The translations under genes and the position numbers were made by a program. A DNA stretch of 64,000 bases from Eledone cirrhosa (Eukaryota): positions 6,572,001 through 6,636,000 of the forward strand of contig OZ024745.1 in assembly GCA_964016885.1 (NCBI GenBank). The letters are read 5' to 3'. This document shows, piece by piece, positions 1-13,090 of the stretch. Position 1 is the stretch's first letter; every line of letters starts with the position of its first letter. Under the pieces are notes generated by a model that was given only the letters and a program-made list of their open reading frames with translations, did not search any database and had not been told where the DNA came from.

Positions 1-3000
1 TCTGGAGGTTGAGTTATAGTAGGGTGTCTGGAGGGTGAGACATAGTAGGGTGTCTGGAGGGTGAGACAGAGTAGGGTGTCTGGAGGGTGGGACAGAGTAG
101 GGTGTCTGGAGGTTAAGTTATAGTAGGTGTCTGGAGGGTGAGAATAGTAGGGTGTCTGGAGAGTGAGACATAGTAGGGTGTCTGGAGGGTGAGACATAGT
201 AGGGTGTCTGGAGGTTGAGTTATAGTAGGGTGTCTGGAGGGTGAGACATAGTAGGGTGTCTGGAGGGTGAGACAGAGTAGGGTGTCTGGAGGTTGAGTTA
301 TAGTAGGGTGTCTGGAGGGTGAGACAGAGTAGGGTGTCTGGAGAGTCAGACATAGTAGGGTGTCTGGACGGTGAGACAGAGTAGCGTGTCTGGAGAGTGA
401 GACATATTAGGGTGTCTGGAGAGTGAGACATAGTAGGGTGGCTGGACAGTGAGACATAAAAGAGTGTCTGGAGAGTGAGACATAGTAGGGTGTCTGGGGG
501 ATGAGACGTAGTAGGGTATCTGGAGGGTGAGACGTAGTAGGGTGTCTTGAGAGTGAAACATAGTAGGGTGTCTGGAGAGTGAGACATAGTAGTGTGTCTG
601 GAGGGTGAGACGTAGTAGGGTGTATGGAGGGTGAGACGTAGTAGGGTGTCTGGAGGGTGAGACGTAGTAGGGTGTCTGGAGGGTGAGACGTAGTAGGGTG
701 TCTGGACAGTGAGACATAGTAGGGTGTCTCGAGAGTGAGACATAGTAGGGTGTCTGGAGGGTGAGACGTAGTAGGGTGTCTGGATGGTGAGACGTAGTAT
801 GGTGTCTGGATGGTGAGACAGAGTAGGGTGTCTGGAAGTTGAGTTATAGTAGGGTGTCTGGAGGGTGAGACATAGTAGGGTGTCTGGAGGGTGAGACACA
901 GGGTGTCTGGAGGGTGAGACAGAGTAGGGTGTCTGGAGGGTGAGACATAGTAGGGTGTCTGGAGGGTGACACATAGTAGGGTGTCTAGAGGGTGAGACAT
1001 AGTAGGGTGTCTGGAGGGTGAGACGTAGTAGGGTGTCTGGAGGGTGAGACAGAGTAGGGTGTCTGGAGGGTGAGACAGAGTAGGGTGTCTGGAGGGTGAG
1101 ACAGAGTAGGGTGTCTGGAGGGTGAGACAGAGTAGGGTGTCTGGAGGGTGAGACATAGTAGGGTGTCTGGAGGGTGATACATAGTAGGGTGTCTGGAGGG
1201 TGAGACATAGTAGGTTGTCTGGAGGTTGAGTTATAGTAGGGTGTCTGGAGGGTGAGACATACTAGGGTGTCTGGATGGTGAGACAGAGTAGGGTGTCTGG
1301 AGTGTGGGACAGAATAGGGTGTCTGGAGGTTGAGTTATAGTAGGGTGTCTGGAGGGTGAGACATAGTAGGGTGTCTGGAGAGTGAGACATAGTAGCGTGT
1401 CTGGAGGGTGAGACATAGTAGGGTGTCTGGAGGTTGAGTTATAGTAGGGTGTCTGGAGGGTGAGACATAGTAGGGTGTCTGGAGGTTGAGTTATAGTTGG
1501 GTGTCTGGAGGGTGAGACATAATAGAGTGTCTGGAGGGTGAGACAGTGTAGGGTGTCTGGAGGATGAGTTATAGTAGGGTGTCTGGAGGGTGAGACAGAG
1601 TAGGGTGTCTGGAGGATGAGACAGAGTAGGGTGTCTGGAGAGTGAGACATAGTAGGGTGTCTGGAGGGTGAGACATAGTAGGGTGTCTGGAGGGTGAGAC
1701 ATAGTAGGGTGTCTGGAGGGTGAGACACAGGGTGTCTGGACGGTGAGACAGAGTAGGGTGTCTGGAGGGTGAGACAGAGTAGGGTGTCTGGAGGGTGAGA
1801 CATAGTAGGGTTTCTGGAGGGTGAGACATAGTATGGTGTCTGGAGGGTGAGACACAGGGTGTCTGGGGGGTGAGACATAGTAGCGTGTCTGGAGAGTGAG
1901 ACATAGTAGGGTGTCTGGAGGGTGAGACCCTAGTAGGGTGTCTGGAGGTTGAGTTATAGTAGGGTGTCTGGAGGATGAGACATAGTAGGGTGTCTGGAGG
2001 GTGAGACAGAGTAGGGTGTCTGGAGGGTGAGACGTAGTAGGGTGTATGGAGGGTGAGACGTAGTAGGGTGTCTGGAGGGTGAGACGTAGTAGAGTGTCTG
2101 GAGGGTGAGACGTAGTAGGGTGTCTGGAGAGTGAGACATAGTAGGGTGTCTCGAGAGTGAGACATAGTAGGGTGTCTGGAGGGTGAGAGATAGTAGCGTG
2201 TCTGGAGAGGAGACATAGTAGTGTGTCTGGAGGGTGAGACAGAGTAGCGTGTCTGGAGAGTGAGACAGAGTAGGGTGTCTGGAGAGTGAGACATAGTAGG
2301 GTGTCTAGAGGGTGAGACATAGTAGGGTGTCTGTTGGGTGAGACATAGTAGGTTGTCTGGAGGTTGAGTTATAGTAGGGTGTCTGGAGGGTGAGACATAG
2401 TAGGGTGTCTGGAGGGTGAGACAGAGTAGGGTGTTTGGAGGGTGGGACAGAGTAGGGTGTCTGGAGGTTGTGTTATAGTAGGGTGTCTGGAGGGTGAGAC
2501 ATAGTAGGGCGTCTGGAGGGTGAGACATAGTAGGGTGTCTAGAGGGTCAGACATAGTAGGGTGTCTCGAGAGTGAGACATAGTAGGGTGTCTGGAGGTTT
2601 GAGTTATAGTAGGGTGTCTGGAGGGTGAGACATAGTAGGGTGTCTGGAGGGTGAGACAGAGTAGGGTGTCTGGAGTTTGAGTTATAGTAGGGTGTCTGGA
2701 GGGTGAGACAGAGTAGGGTGTCTGGAGGGTGAGACAGAGTAGGGTGTCTGGAGGGTGTACATAGTAGGGTGTCTGGAGGGTGAGACATAGTAGGTTGTCT
2801 GTAGGTTGAGTTATAGTAGGGTGTCTGGATGGTGAGACATAGTAGGGTGTCTGGAGGGTGAGACAGAGTAGGGTGTCTGGAGGGTGGGACAGAGTAGGGT
2901 GTCTGGAGGTTAAGTTATAGTAGGGTGTCTGGAGGGTGAGAATAGTAGGGTGTCTGGAGAGTGAGACATAGTAGGATGTCTGGAGGGTGAGACATAGTAG

Positions 3001-4600
3001 GGTGTCTGGAGGTTGAGTTATAGTAGGGTGTCTGGAGGGTGAGACATAGTAGGGTGTCTGGAGGTTGAGTTATAGTAGGGTGTCTTGAGGGTGAGACATA
3101 GTAGGGTGTCTGGAGGGTGAGACAGAGTAGGGTGTCTGGAGGTTGAGTTATAGTAGGGTGTCTGGAGGGTGAGACAGAGTAGGGTGTCTGGAGAGTGAGA
3201 CATTGTAGGGTGTCTGGACGGTGAGACAGAGTAGCGTGTCTGGAGAGTGAGACATATTAGTGTGTCTGGAGAGTGAGACATAGTAGAGTGTCTGGAGAGT
3301 GAGATATAGTAGAGTGTCTGGAGAGTGAGACATAGTAGGGTGTCTGGGGGATGAGACGTAGTAGGGTATCTGGAGGGTGAGACGTAGTAGGGTGTCTGGA
3401 GAGTGAAACATAGTAGGGTGTCTGGAGAGTGAGACATAGTAGGGTGTCTGGAGGGTGAGACGTAGTAGGGTGTATGGAGGGTGAGACGTAGTAGGGTGTC
3501 TGGAGGGTGAGACGTAGTAGGGTGTCTGGAGGGTGAGACGTAGTAGGGTGTCTGGACAGTGAGACATAGTAGGGTGTCTCGAGAGTGAGACATAGTAGGG
3601 TGTCTGGAGGGTGAGACGTAGTAGGGTGTCTGGATGGTGAGACGTAGTATGGTGTCTGGATGGTGAGACAGAGTAGGGTGTCTGGAAGTTGAGTTATAGT
3701 AGGGTGTCTGGAGGGTGAGACATAGTAGGGTGTCTGGAGGGTGAGACACAGGGTGTCTGGAGGGTGAGACAGAGTAGGGTGTCTGGAGGGTGAGACATAG
3801 TAGGGTGTCTGGAGGGTGACACATAGTAGGGTGTCTAGAGGGTGAGACATAGTAGGGTGTCTGGAGGGTGAGACGTAGTAGGGTGTCTGGAGGGTGAGAC
3901 AGAGTAGGGTGTCTGGAGGGTGAGACAGAGTAGGGTGTCTGGAGGGTGAGACAGAGTAGGGTGTCTGGAGGGTGAGACAGAGTAGGGTGTCTGGAGGGTG
4001 AGACATAGTAGGGTGTCTGGAGGGTGATACATAGTAGGGTGTCTGGAGGGTGAGACATAGTAGGTTGTCTGGAGGTTGAGTTATAGTAGGGTGTCTGGAG
4101 GGTGAGACATACTAGGGTGTCTGGATGGTGAGACAGAGTAGGGTGTCTGGAGTGTGGGACAGAATAGGGTGTCTGGAGGTTGAGTTATAGTAGGGTGTCT
4201 GGAGGGTGAGACATAGTAGGGTGTCTGGAGAGTGAGACATAGTAGCGTGTCTGAAGGGTGAGACATAGTAGGGTGTCTGGAGGTTGAGTTATAGTAGGGT
4301 GTCTGGAGGGTGAGACATAGTAGGGTGTCTGGAGGTTGAGTTATAGTTGGGTGTCTGGAGGGTGAGACATAATAGAGTGTCTGGAGGGTGAGACAGTGTA
4401 GGGTGTCTGGAGGATGAGTTATAGTAGGGTGTCTGGAGGGTGAGACAGAGTAGGGTGTCTGGAGGATGAGACAGAGTAGGGTGTCTGGAGAGTGAGACAT
4501 AGTAGGGTGTCTGGAGGGTGAGACGTAGTAGGGTGTCTGGAGGGTGAGACATAGTAGGGTGTCTGGAGGGTGAGACACAGGGTGTCTGGACGGTGAGACA
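1..4600 (+). repeat. ~1.7-1.8 kb block duplicated at a 2,850-bp offset inside the array
   Basis: Rare markers GGAGGGTGACACATAG (961, 3811) and ACTAGGGTGT (1261, 4111) are 2,850 bp apart. ORF-track entries 407/3257 and 985/3835 show the same offset. Boundaries approximate. Confidence 0.85.
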
Positions 4601-5759
4601 GAGTAGGATGTCTGGAGGGTGAGACAGAGTAGGGTGTCTGGAGGGTGAGACATAGTAGGGTGTCTGGAGGGTGAGACAGAGTAGCGTGTCTGGTGAGTGA
4701 GACATATTAGGGTGTCTGGAGAGTGAGACATAGTAGGGTGTCTTGAGAGTGAGATATAGTAGAGTGTCTGGAGAGTGAGACATAGTAGTGTGTCTGGGGG
4801 ATTAGACGTAGTAGGGTATCTGGAGAGTGAAACATAGTAGGGTGTCTGGAGAGTGAGACATAGTAGGGTGTCTGGAGGGTGAGACGTAGTAGGGTGTATG
4901 GAGGGTGAGACGTAGTAGGGTGTCTGGAGAGTGAGACATAGTAGGGTGTCTGGAGAGTGAGACATAGTAGGGTGTCTGGAGGGTGAGACATAGTAGGGTG
5001 TCTGGAGAGTGAGACATAGTAGGGTGTCTGGAGTGTGAGACAGAGTAGCGTGTCTGGAGAGTGATACATAGAAGGGTATCTGGAGGGTGAGACATAGTAG
5101 GGTGTCTGGAGAGTGAGACATAGTAGGGTGTCTGGAGAGTGAGACATAGTAGGGTGTCTGGAGAGTGAGACATAGTAGCGTGTCTGGAGAGTGAGACATA
5201 GTAGGGTGTCTCGAGGGTGAGACACAGGGTGTCTGGAGGGTGAGACATAGTAGGGTGCTGGAGAGTGAGACATAGTAGGGTGTCTGGAGAGTGAGACATA
5301 GTAGGGTGTCTGTTGGGTGAGACACAGGGTGTCTGGAGGGTGAGACAGAGTAGGGTGTCTGGAGAGTGAGATATAGTAGGGTGTCTGGGGGGTGAGACGT
5401 AGTAGGGTGTCTGGAGGGTGAGACATAGTAGGGTGTCTGGAGGTTGAGACACAGGGTGTCTGGACGGTGAGACAGAGTAGGGTGTCTGGAGAGTGAGACA
5501 TAGTAGGGTGTCTGGAGAGTGAGACATAGTAAGGTGTCTGGAGGGTGAGACATAGTAGGGTGTCTGGAGGTTGAGTTATAGTACGGTGTCTGGAGGGTGT
5601 GACATAGTAGGAAGTCTGGAGGGTGAGACATAGTAGGGTGTCTGGAGGGTGAGACATAGTAGGGTGTCTGGAGGGTGAGACATAGTAGGTTGTCTGGAGG
5701 TTGAGTTATAGTAGGGTGTCTGGAGGGTGAGACATAGTAGGGTGTCTGGAGGGTGAGAC

Positions 5760-8700
5760 AGAGTAGGGTGTCTGGAGGGTGGGACAGAATAGGGTGTCTG
5801 GAGGTTGAGTTATAGTAGGGTGTCTGGAGGGTGAGACATAGTAGGGTGTCTGGAGAGTAAGACATAGTAGCGTGTCTGGAGGGTGAGACATAGTAGGGTG
5901 TCTGGAGGTTGAGTTATAGAAGGGTGTCTGGAGGGTGAGACATAGTAGGGTGTCTGGAGGTTGAGTAAATAGTAGGGTGTCTGGAGGGTGAGACATAGTA
6001 GGGTGTCTGGAGGGTGAGATAGAGTAGGGTGTCAGGAGGTTGAGTTATAGTAGGGTGTCTGGAGGGTGAGACAGAGTAGGGTGTCTGGAGGGTGAGACAG
6101 AGTAGGGTGTCTGGGGGGTGAGACGTTGTAGGGTGTCTGGAGGGTGAGACACAGGGTGTCTGGACGGTGAGACAGAGTAGGGTGTCTGGAGGGTGAGTCA
6201 GAGTAGGCTGTCTGGAGGGTGAGACATAGTAGGGTGTCTGGAGGTTGAGACAGAGTAGCGTGTCTGGAGAGTGAGACATATTAGGGTGTCTGGAGAGTGA
6301 GACATAGTAGGGTGTCTGGAGAGTGCGATATAGTAGAGTGTCTGGAGAGTGAGACATAGTAGGGTGTCTGGGGGTGAGACGTAGTAGTGTATCTGGAGGG
6401 TGAGACGTAGTAGGGTGTATGGAGGGTGAGACGTAGTAGGGTGTCTGGAGGGTGAGCCGTAGTAGGGTGTCTGGAGGGTGAGACGTAGTAGGGTGTCTGG
6501 AGAGTGAGACATAGTAGGGTGTCTAGAGGGTGAGACATAGTAGGGTGTCTCGAGAGTGAGACATATTAGGGTGTCTGGAGGGTGAGACGTAGTAGGGTGT
6601 TTGGAGGGTGAGACGTAGTAGGGTGTCTGGAGGGTGAGACGTAGTAGGGTGTCTGGAGGGTGAGACAGAGTAGGGTGTCTGGAAGTTGAGTTATAGTAGG
6701 GTGTCTGGAGGGTGAGACACAGGGTGTCTGGAGGGTGAGACAGAGTAGGGTGTCTGGAGGGTGAGACATAGTAGGGTGTCTGGAGGGTGAGACATAGTAG
6801 GGTGTCTAGAGGGTGAGACATAATAGGGTGTCTGGAGGGTGAGACGTAGTAGGGTGTCTGGAGGGTGAGACGTAGTAGGGTGTCTGGAGGGTGAGACAGA
6901 GTAGGGTGTCTGGAGGGTGAGTCATAGTAGGGTGTCTGGAGGGTGTGACATAGTAGGGTGTCTAGTGGGTGAGACATAGTAGGGTGTCTGGAGGGTGAGA
7001 CGTAGTAGGGTGTCTGGAGGGTGAGACGTAGTAGGGTGTCTGGAGGGTGAGACAGAGTAGGGTGTCTGGAGAGTGAGACATAGTAGTGTTTCTGGAGGGT
7101 GAGACATAGTATGGTGTCTGGAGGGTGAGACACAGGGTGTCTGGGGCGTGAGACATAGTAGCGTGTCTGGAGAGTGAGACATAGTAGGGTGTCTGGAGGG
7201 TGAGACATAGTAGCGTGTCTGGAGAGTGAGACATAGTAGGGTGTCTGGAGAGTGAGACATAGTAGAGTGTCTGGAGGTTGAGTTATAGTAGGGTGTCTGG
7301 AGGGTGAGACATAGTAGGGTGTCTGGAGGGTGAGACAGAGTAGGGTGTCTGGAGAGTGAGACATAGTAGGGTGTCTGGAGAGTGAGACATTGTAGGGTGT
7401 CTGGAGGGTGAGACACAGGGTGTCTGGACGGTGAGACAGAGTAGGGTGTCTGGAGGGTGATACATAATAGGGTGTCTGGAGGGTGAGACACAGGGTGTCT
7501 GGACGGTGAGACAGAGTAGGGTGTCTGGAGCGTGAGACATAGTAGGGTGTCTGGAGGGTGAGACATAGTAGGGTGTCTGGAGGGTGAGACATAGAAGGTT
7601 GTCAGGAGGTTGAGTTATAGTAGGGTGTCTGGAGGGTGAGAAATAGTAGGGTGTCTGGAGAGTGAGACATAGTAGGGTGTCTGGGGTGAGACGTAGTAGT
7701 GTATCTGGAGGGTGAGACGTAGTAGGGTGTCTGGAGGGTGAGACGTAGTAGGGTGTCTGGAGGGTGAGCCGTAGTAGGGTGTCTGGAGGGTGAGACGTAG
7801 TAGGGTGTCTGGAGAGTGAGACATAGTAGGGTGTCTAGAGGGTGAGACATAGTAGGGTGTCTCGAGAGTGAGACTTATTAGGGTGTCTGGAGGGTGAGAC
7901 GTAGTAGGGTGTTTGGAGGGTGAGACGTATAAGGGTGTCTGGAGGGTGAGACGTAGTAGGGTGTCTGGAGGGTGAGACAGAGTAGGGTGTCTGGAAGTTG
8001 AGTTATAGTAGGGTGTCTGGAGGGTGAGACACAGGGTGTCTGGAGGGTGAGACAGAGTAGGGTGTCTGGAGGGTGAGACATAGTAGGGTGTCTAGAGGGT
8101 GAGACATAATAGGGTGTCTGGAGGGTGAGACGTAGTAGGGTGTCCGGAGGGTGAGACGTAGTAGGGTGTCTGGAGGGTGAGACAGAGTAGGGTGTCTGGA
8201 GGGTGAGTCATATTAGGGTGTCTGGAGGGTGAGACATAGTAGGGTGTCTGGAGGGTGAGACGTAGTAGGGTGTCTGGAGGGTGAGACGTAGTAGGGTGTC
8301 TGGAGGGTGAGACAGAGTAGGGTGTCTGGAGAGTGAGACATAATAGGGTTTCTGGAGGGTGAGACATATTATGGTGTCTGGAGGGTGAGACACAGGGTGT
8401 CTGGGGCGTGAGACATAGTAGCGTGTCTGGAGAGTGAGACATAGTAGGGTGTCTGGAGGGTGAGACATAGTAGCGTGTCTGGAGAGTGAGACATAGTAGG
8501 GTGTCTGGAGAGTGAGACATAGTAGAGTGTCTGGAGGTTGAGTTATAGTAGGGTGTCTGGAGGGTGAAACATAGTAGGGTGTCTGGAGGGTGAGACAGAG
8601 TAGGGTGTCTGGAGAGTGAGACATAGTAGGGTGTCTGGAGAGTGAGACATTGTAGGGTTTCTGGGGGGGGGGGGGTAAAACGTAGTAGGCTGTCTGGAGG

Positions 8701-11700
8701 GTGAGACACAGGGTGTCTGGACGGTGAGACAGAGTAGGGTGTCTGGAGGGTGAGACATAATAGGGTGTCTGGAGGGTGAGACACAGGGTGTCTGGACGGT
8801 GAGACAGAGTAGGGTGTCTGGAGAGTGAGACATAGTAGGGTGTCTGGAGGGTGAGACATAGTAGGGTGTCTGGAGGGTGAGACATAGAAGGTTGTCAGGA
8901 GGTTGAGTTATAGTAGGGTGTCTGGAGGGTGAGACATAGTACGGTGTCTGGAGGGTGAGACAGAGTAGGGTGTCTGGAAGGTGGGACAGAGTAGGGTGTC
9001 TGGAGGTTGAGCTATAGTAGGGTGTCTGGAGGGTGAGACATAGTAGGGTGTCTGGAGAGTGAGACATAGTAGGGTGTCTGGAGGGTGAGACGTAGTAGGG
9101 TGTCTGGAGGTTGAGTTATAGTAGGGTGTCTGGAGGGTGAGACATAGTAGGGTTTCTGGAGGTTGAGTTATAGTAGGGTGTCTGGAGGGTGAGACATAGT
9201 AGGGTGTCTGAAGTGTGAGACATAGTAGGGTGTCTGGAGGGTGAGACAGAGTAGGGTGTCTGGAGGGTGAGACAGAGTAGGGTGTCTGGAGGGTGAGACA
9301 GAGTAGGGTGTCTGGAGGGTGGGACAGAATAGGGTGTCTGGAGGTTGAGTTATAGTAGGGTGTCTGGAGGGTGAGACATAGTAGGGAGTCTGGAGAGTAA
9401 GACATAGTAGCGTGTCTGGAGGGTGAGACATAGTAGGGTGTCTGGAGGTTGAGTTATAGAAGGGTGTCTGGAGGGTGAGACATAGTAGTGTGTCTGGAGG
9501 TTGAGTAAATAGTAGGGTGTCTGGAGGGTGAGACATAGTAGGGTGTCTGGAGGGTGAGATAGAGTAGGGTGTCAGGAGGTTGAGTTATAGTAGGGTGTCT
9601 GGAGGGTGAGACAGAGTAGGGTGTCTGGAGGGTGAGACAGAGTAGGGTGTCTGGGGGGTGAGACGTTGTAGGGTGTCTGGAGTGTGAGACACAGGGTGTC
9701 TGGACGGTGAGACAGAGTAGGGTGTCTGGAGGGTGAGTCAGAGTAGGCTGTCTGGAGGGTGAGACATAGTAGGGTGTCTGGAGGTTGAGACAGAGTAGCG
9801 TGTCTGGAGAGTGAGACATATTAGGGTGTCTGGAGAGTGAGACATAGTAGGGTGTCTGGAGAGTGCGATATAGTAGAGTGTCTGGAGAGTGAGACATAGT
9901 AGGGTGTCTGGGGGTGAGACGTAGTAGTGTATCTGGAGGGTGAGACGTAGTAGGGTGTATGGAGGGTGAGACGTAGTAGGGTGTCTGGAGGGTGAGCCGT
10001 AGTAGGGTGTCTGGAGGGTGAGACGTAGTAGGGTGTCTGGAGAGTGAGACATAGTAGGGTGTCTAGAGGGTGAGACATAGTAGGGTGTCTCGAGAGTGAG
10101 ACATATTAGGGTGTCTGGAGGGTGAGACGTAGTAGGGTGTTTGGAGGGTGAGACGTAGTAGGGTGTCTGGAGGGTGAGACGTAGTAGGGTGTCTGGAGGG
10201 TGAGACAGAGTAGGGTGTCTGGAAGTTGAGTTATAGTAGGGTGTCTGGAGGGTGAGACACAGGGTGTCTGGAGGGTGAGACAGAGTAGGGTGTCTGGAGG
10301 GTGAGACATAGTAGGGTGTCTGGAGGGTGAGACATAGTAGGGTGTCTAGAGGGTGAGACATAATAGGGTGTCTGGAGCGTGAGACGTAGTAGGGTGTCTG
10401 GAGGGTGAGACGTAGTAGGGTGTCTGGAGGGTGAGACAGAGTAGGGTGTCTGGAGGGTGAGTCATAGTAGGGTGTCTGGAGGGTGTGACATAGTAGGGTG
10501 TCTAGTGGGTGAGACATAGTAGGGTGTCTGGAGGGTGAGACGTAGTAGGGTGTCTGGAGGGTGAGACGTAGTAGGGTGTCTGGAGGGTGAGACAGAGTAG
10601 GGTGTCTGGAGAGTGAGACATAGTAGGGTTTCTGGAGGGTGAGACATAGTATGGTGTCTGGAGGGTGAGACACAGGGTGTCTGGGGCGTGAGACATAGTA
10701 GCGTGTCTGGAGAGTGAGACATAGTAGGGTGTCTGGAGGGTGAGACATAGTACCGTGTCTGGAGAGTGAGACATAGTAGGGTGTCTGGAGAGTGAGACAT
10801 AGTAGAGTGTCTGGAGGTTGAGTTATAGTAGGGTGTCTGGAGGGTGAGACATAGTAGGGTGTCTGGAGGGTTAGACAGAGTAGGGTGTCTGGAGAGTGAG
10901 ACATAGTAGGGTGTCTGGAGAGTGAGACATTGTAGGGTGTCTGGGGGGGGGGGGTAAAACGTAGTAGGCTGTCTGGAGGGTGAGACATAGTAGGGTATCT
11001 GGAGGGTGAGACACAGGGTGTCTGGACGGTGAGACAGAGTAGGGTGTCTGGAGGGTGAGACATAATAGGGTGTCTGGAGGGTGAGACACAGGGTGTCTGG
11101 ACGGTGAGACAGAGTAGGGTGTCTGGAGCGTGAGACATAGTAGGGTGTCTGGAGGGTGAGACATAGTAGGGTGTCTGGAGGGTGAGACATAGAAGGTTGT
11201 CAGGAGGTTGAGTTATAGTAGGGTGTCTGGAGGGTGAGACATAGTACGGTGTCTGGAGGGTGAGACAGAGTAGGGTGTCTGGAAGGTGGGACAGAGTAGG
11301 GTGTCTGGAGGTTGAGTTATAGTAGGGTGTCTGGAGGGTGAGAAATAGTAGGGTGTCTGGAGAGTGAGACATAGTAGGGTGTCTGGGGGTGAGACGTAGT
11401 AGTGTATCTGGAGGGTGAGACGTAGTAGGGTGTCTGGAGGGTGAGACGTAGTAGGGTGTCTGGAGGGTGAGCCGTAGTAGGGTGTCTGGAGGGTGAGACG
11501 TAGTAGGGTGTCTGGAGAGTGAGACATAGTAGGGTGTCTAGAGGGTGAGACATAGTAGGGTGTCTCGAGAGTGAGACTTATTAGGGTGTCTGGAGGGTGA
11601 GACGTAGTAGGGTGTTTGGAGGGTGAGACGTAGTAGGGTGTCTGGAGGGTGAGACGTAGTAGGGTGTCTGGAGGGTGAGACAGAGTAGGGTGTCTGGAAG

Positions 11701-13090
11701 TTGAGTTATAGTAGGGTGTCTGGAGGGTGAGACACAGGGTGTCTGGAGGGTGAGACAGAGTAGGGTGTCTGGAGGGTGAGACATAGTAGGGTGTCTAGAG
11801 GGTGAGACATAATAGGGTGTCTGGAGGGTGAGACGTAGTAGGGTGTCCGGAGGGTGAGACGTAGTAGGGTGTCTGGAGGGTGAGACAGAGTAGGGTGTCT
11901 GGAGGGTGAGTCATAGTAGGGTGTCTGGAGGGTGAGACATGGTAGGGTGTCTGGAGGGTGAGACGTAGTAGGGTGTCTGGAGGGTGAGACGTAGTAGGGT
12001 GTCTGGAGGGTGAGACAGAGTAGGGTGTCTGGAGAGTGAGACATAATAGGGTTTCTGGAGGGTGAGACATATTATGGTGTCTGGAGGGTGAGACACAGGG
12101 TGTCTGGGGCGTGAGACATAGTAGCGTGTCTGGAGAGTGAGACATAGTAGGGTGTCTGGAGGGTGAGACATAGTAGCGTGTCTGGAGAGTGAGACATAGT
12201 AGGGTGTCTGGAGAGTGAGACATAGTAGAGTGTCTGGAGGTTGAGTTATAGTAGGGTGTCTGGAGGGTGAAACATAGTAGGGTGTCTGGAGGGTGAGACA
12301 GAGTAGGGTGTCTGGAGAGTGAGACATAGTAGGGTGTCTGGAGAGTGAGACATTGTAGGGTTTCTGGGAGGGGGGGTAAAACGTAGTAGGCTGTCTGGAG
12401 GGTGAGACACAGGGTGTCTGGACGGTGAGACAGAGTAGGGTGTCTGGAGGGTGAGACATAATAGGGTGTCTGGAGGGTGAGACACAGGGTGTCTGGACGG
12501 TGAGACAGAGTAGGGTGTCTGGAGAGTGAGACATAGTAGGGTGTCTGGAGGGTGAGACATAGTAGGGTGTCTGGAGGGTGAGACATAGAAGGTTGTCAGG
12601 AGGTTGAGTTATAGTAGGGTGTCTGGAGGGTGAGACATAGTACGGTGTCTGGAGGGTGAGACAGAGTAGGGTGTCTGGAAGGTGGGACAGAGTAGGGTGT
12701 CTGGAGAGTGAGACATAGTACGGTGTCTGGAGGGTGAGACAGAGTAGGGTGTCTGGAAGGTGGGACAGTGTAGGGTGTCTGGAGGTTGAGCTATAGTAGG
12801 GTGTCTGGAGGGTGAGACATAGTAGGGTGTCTGGAGAGTGAGACATAGTAGTGTGTCTGGAGGGTGAGACGTAGTAGGGTGTCTGGAGGTTGAGTTATAG
12901 TAGGGTGTCTGGAGGGTGAGACATAGTAGGGTTTCTGGAGGTTGAGTTATAGTAGGGTGTCTGGAGGGTGAGACATAGTAGGGTATCTGAAGGGTGAGAC
13001 ATAGTAGGGTGTCTGGAGGGTGAGACAGAGTAGGGTGTCTGGAGGGTGAGACAGAGTAGGGTGTCTGGAGGGTGAGACAGAGTAGGGTGT
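5760..13090 (+). repeat. Nested higher-order repeat: ~3.5-3.7 kb tandem duplication, each copy holding two ~1.3-1.5 kb sub-blocks
   Basis: ORF-track offsets of 3,540 (5914/9454, 6281/9821, 6566/10106) and 3,703 (7878/11581). Rare marker GAGCCGTAG at ~6454, ~7766, ~9994 and ~11470. Boundaries approximate. Confidence 0.85.
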
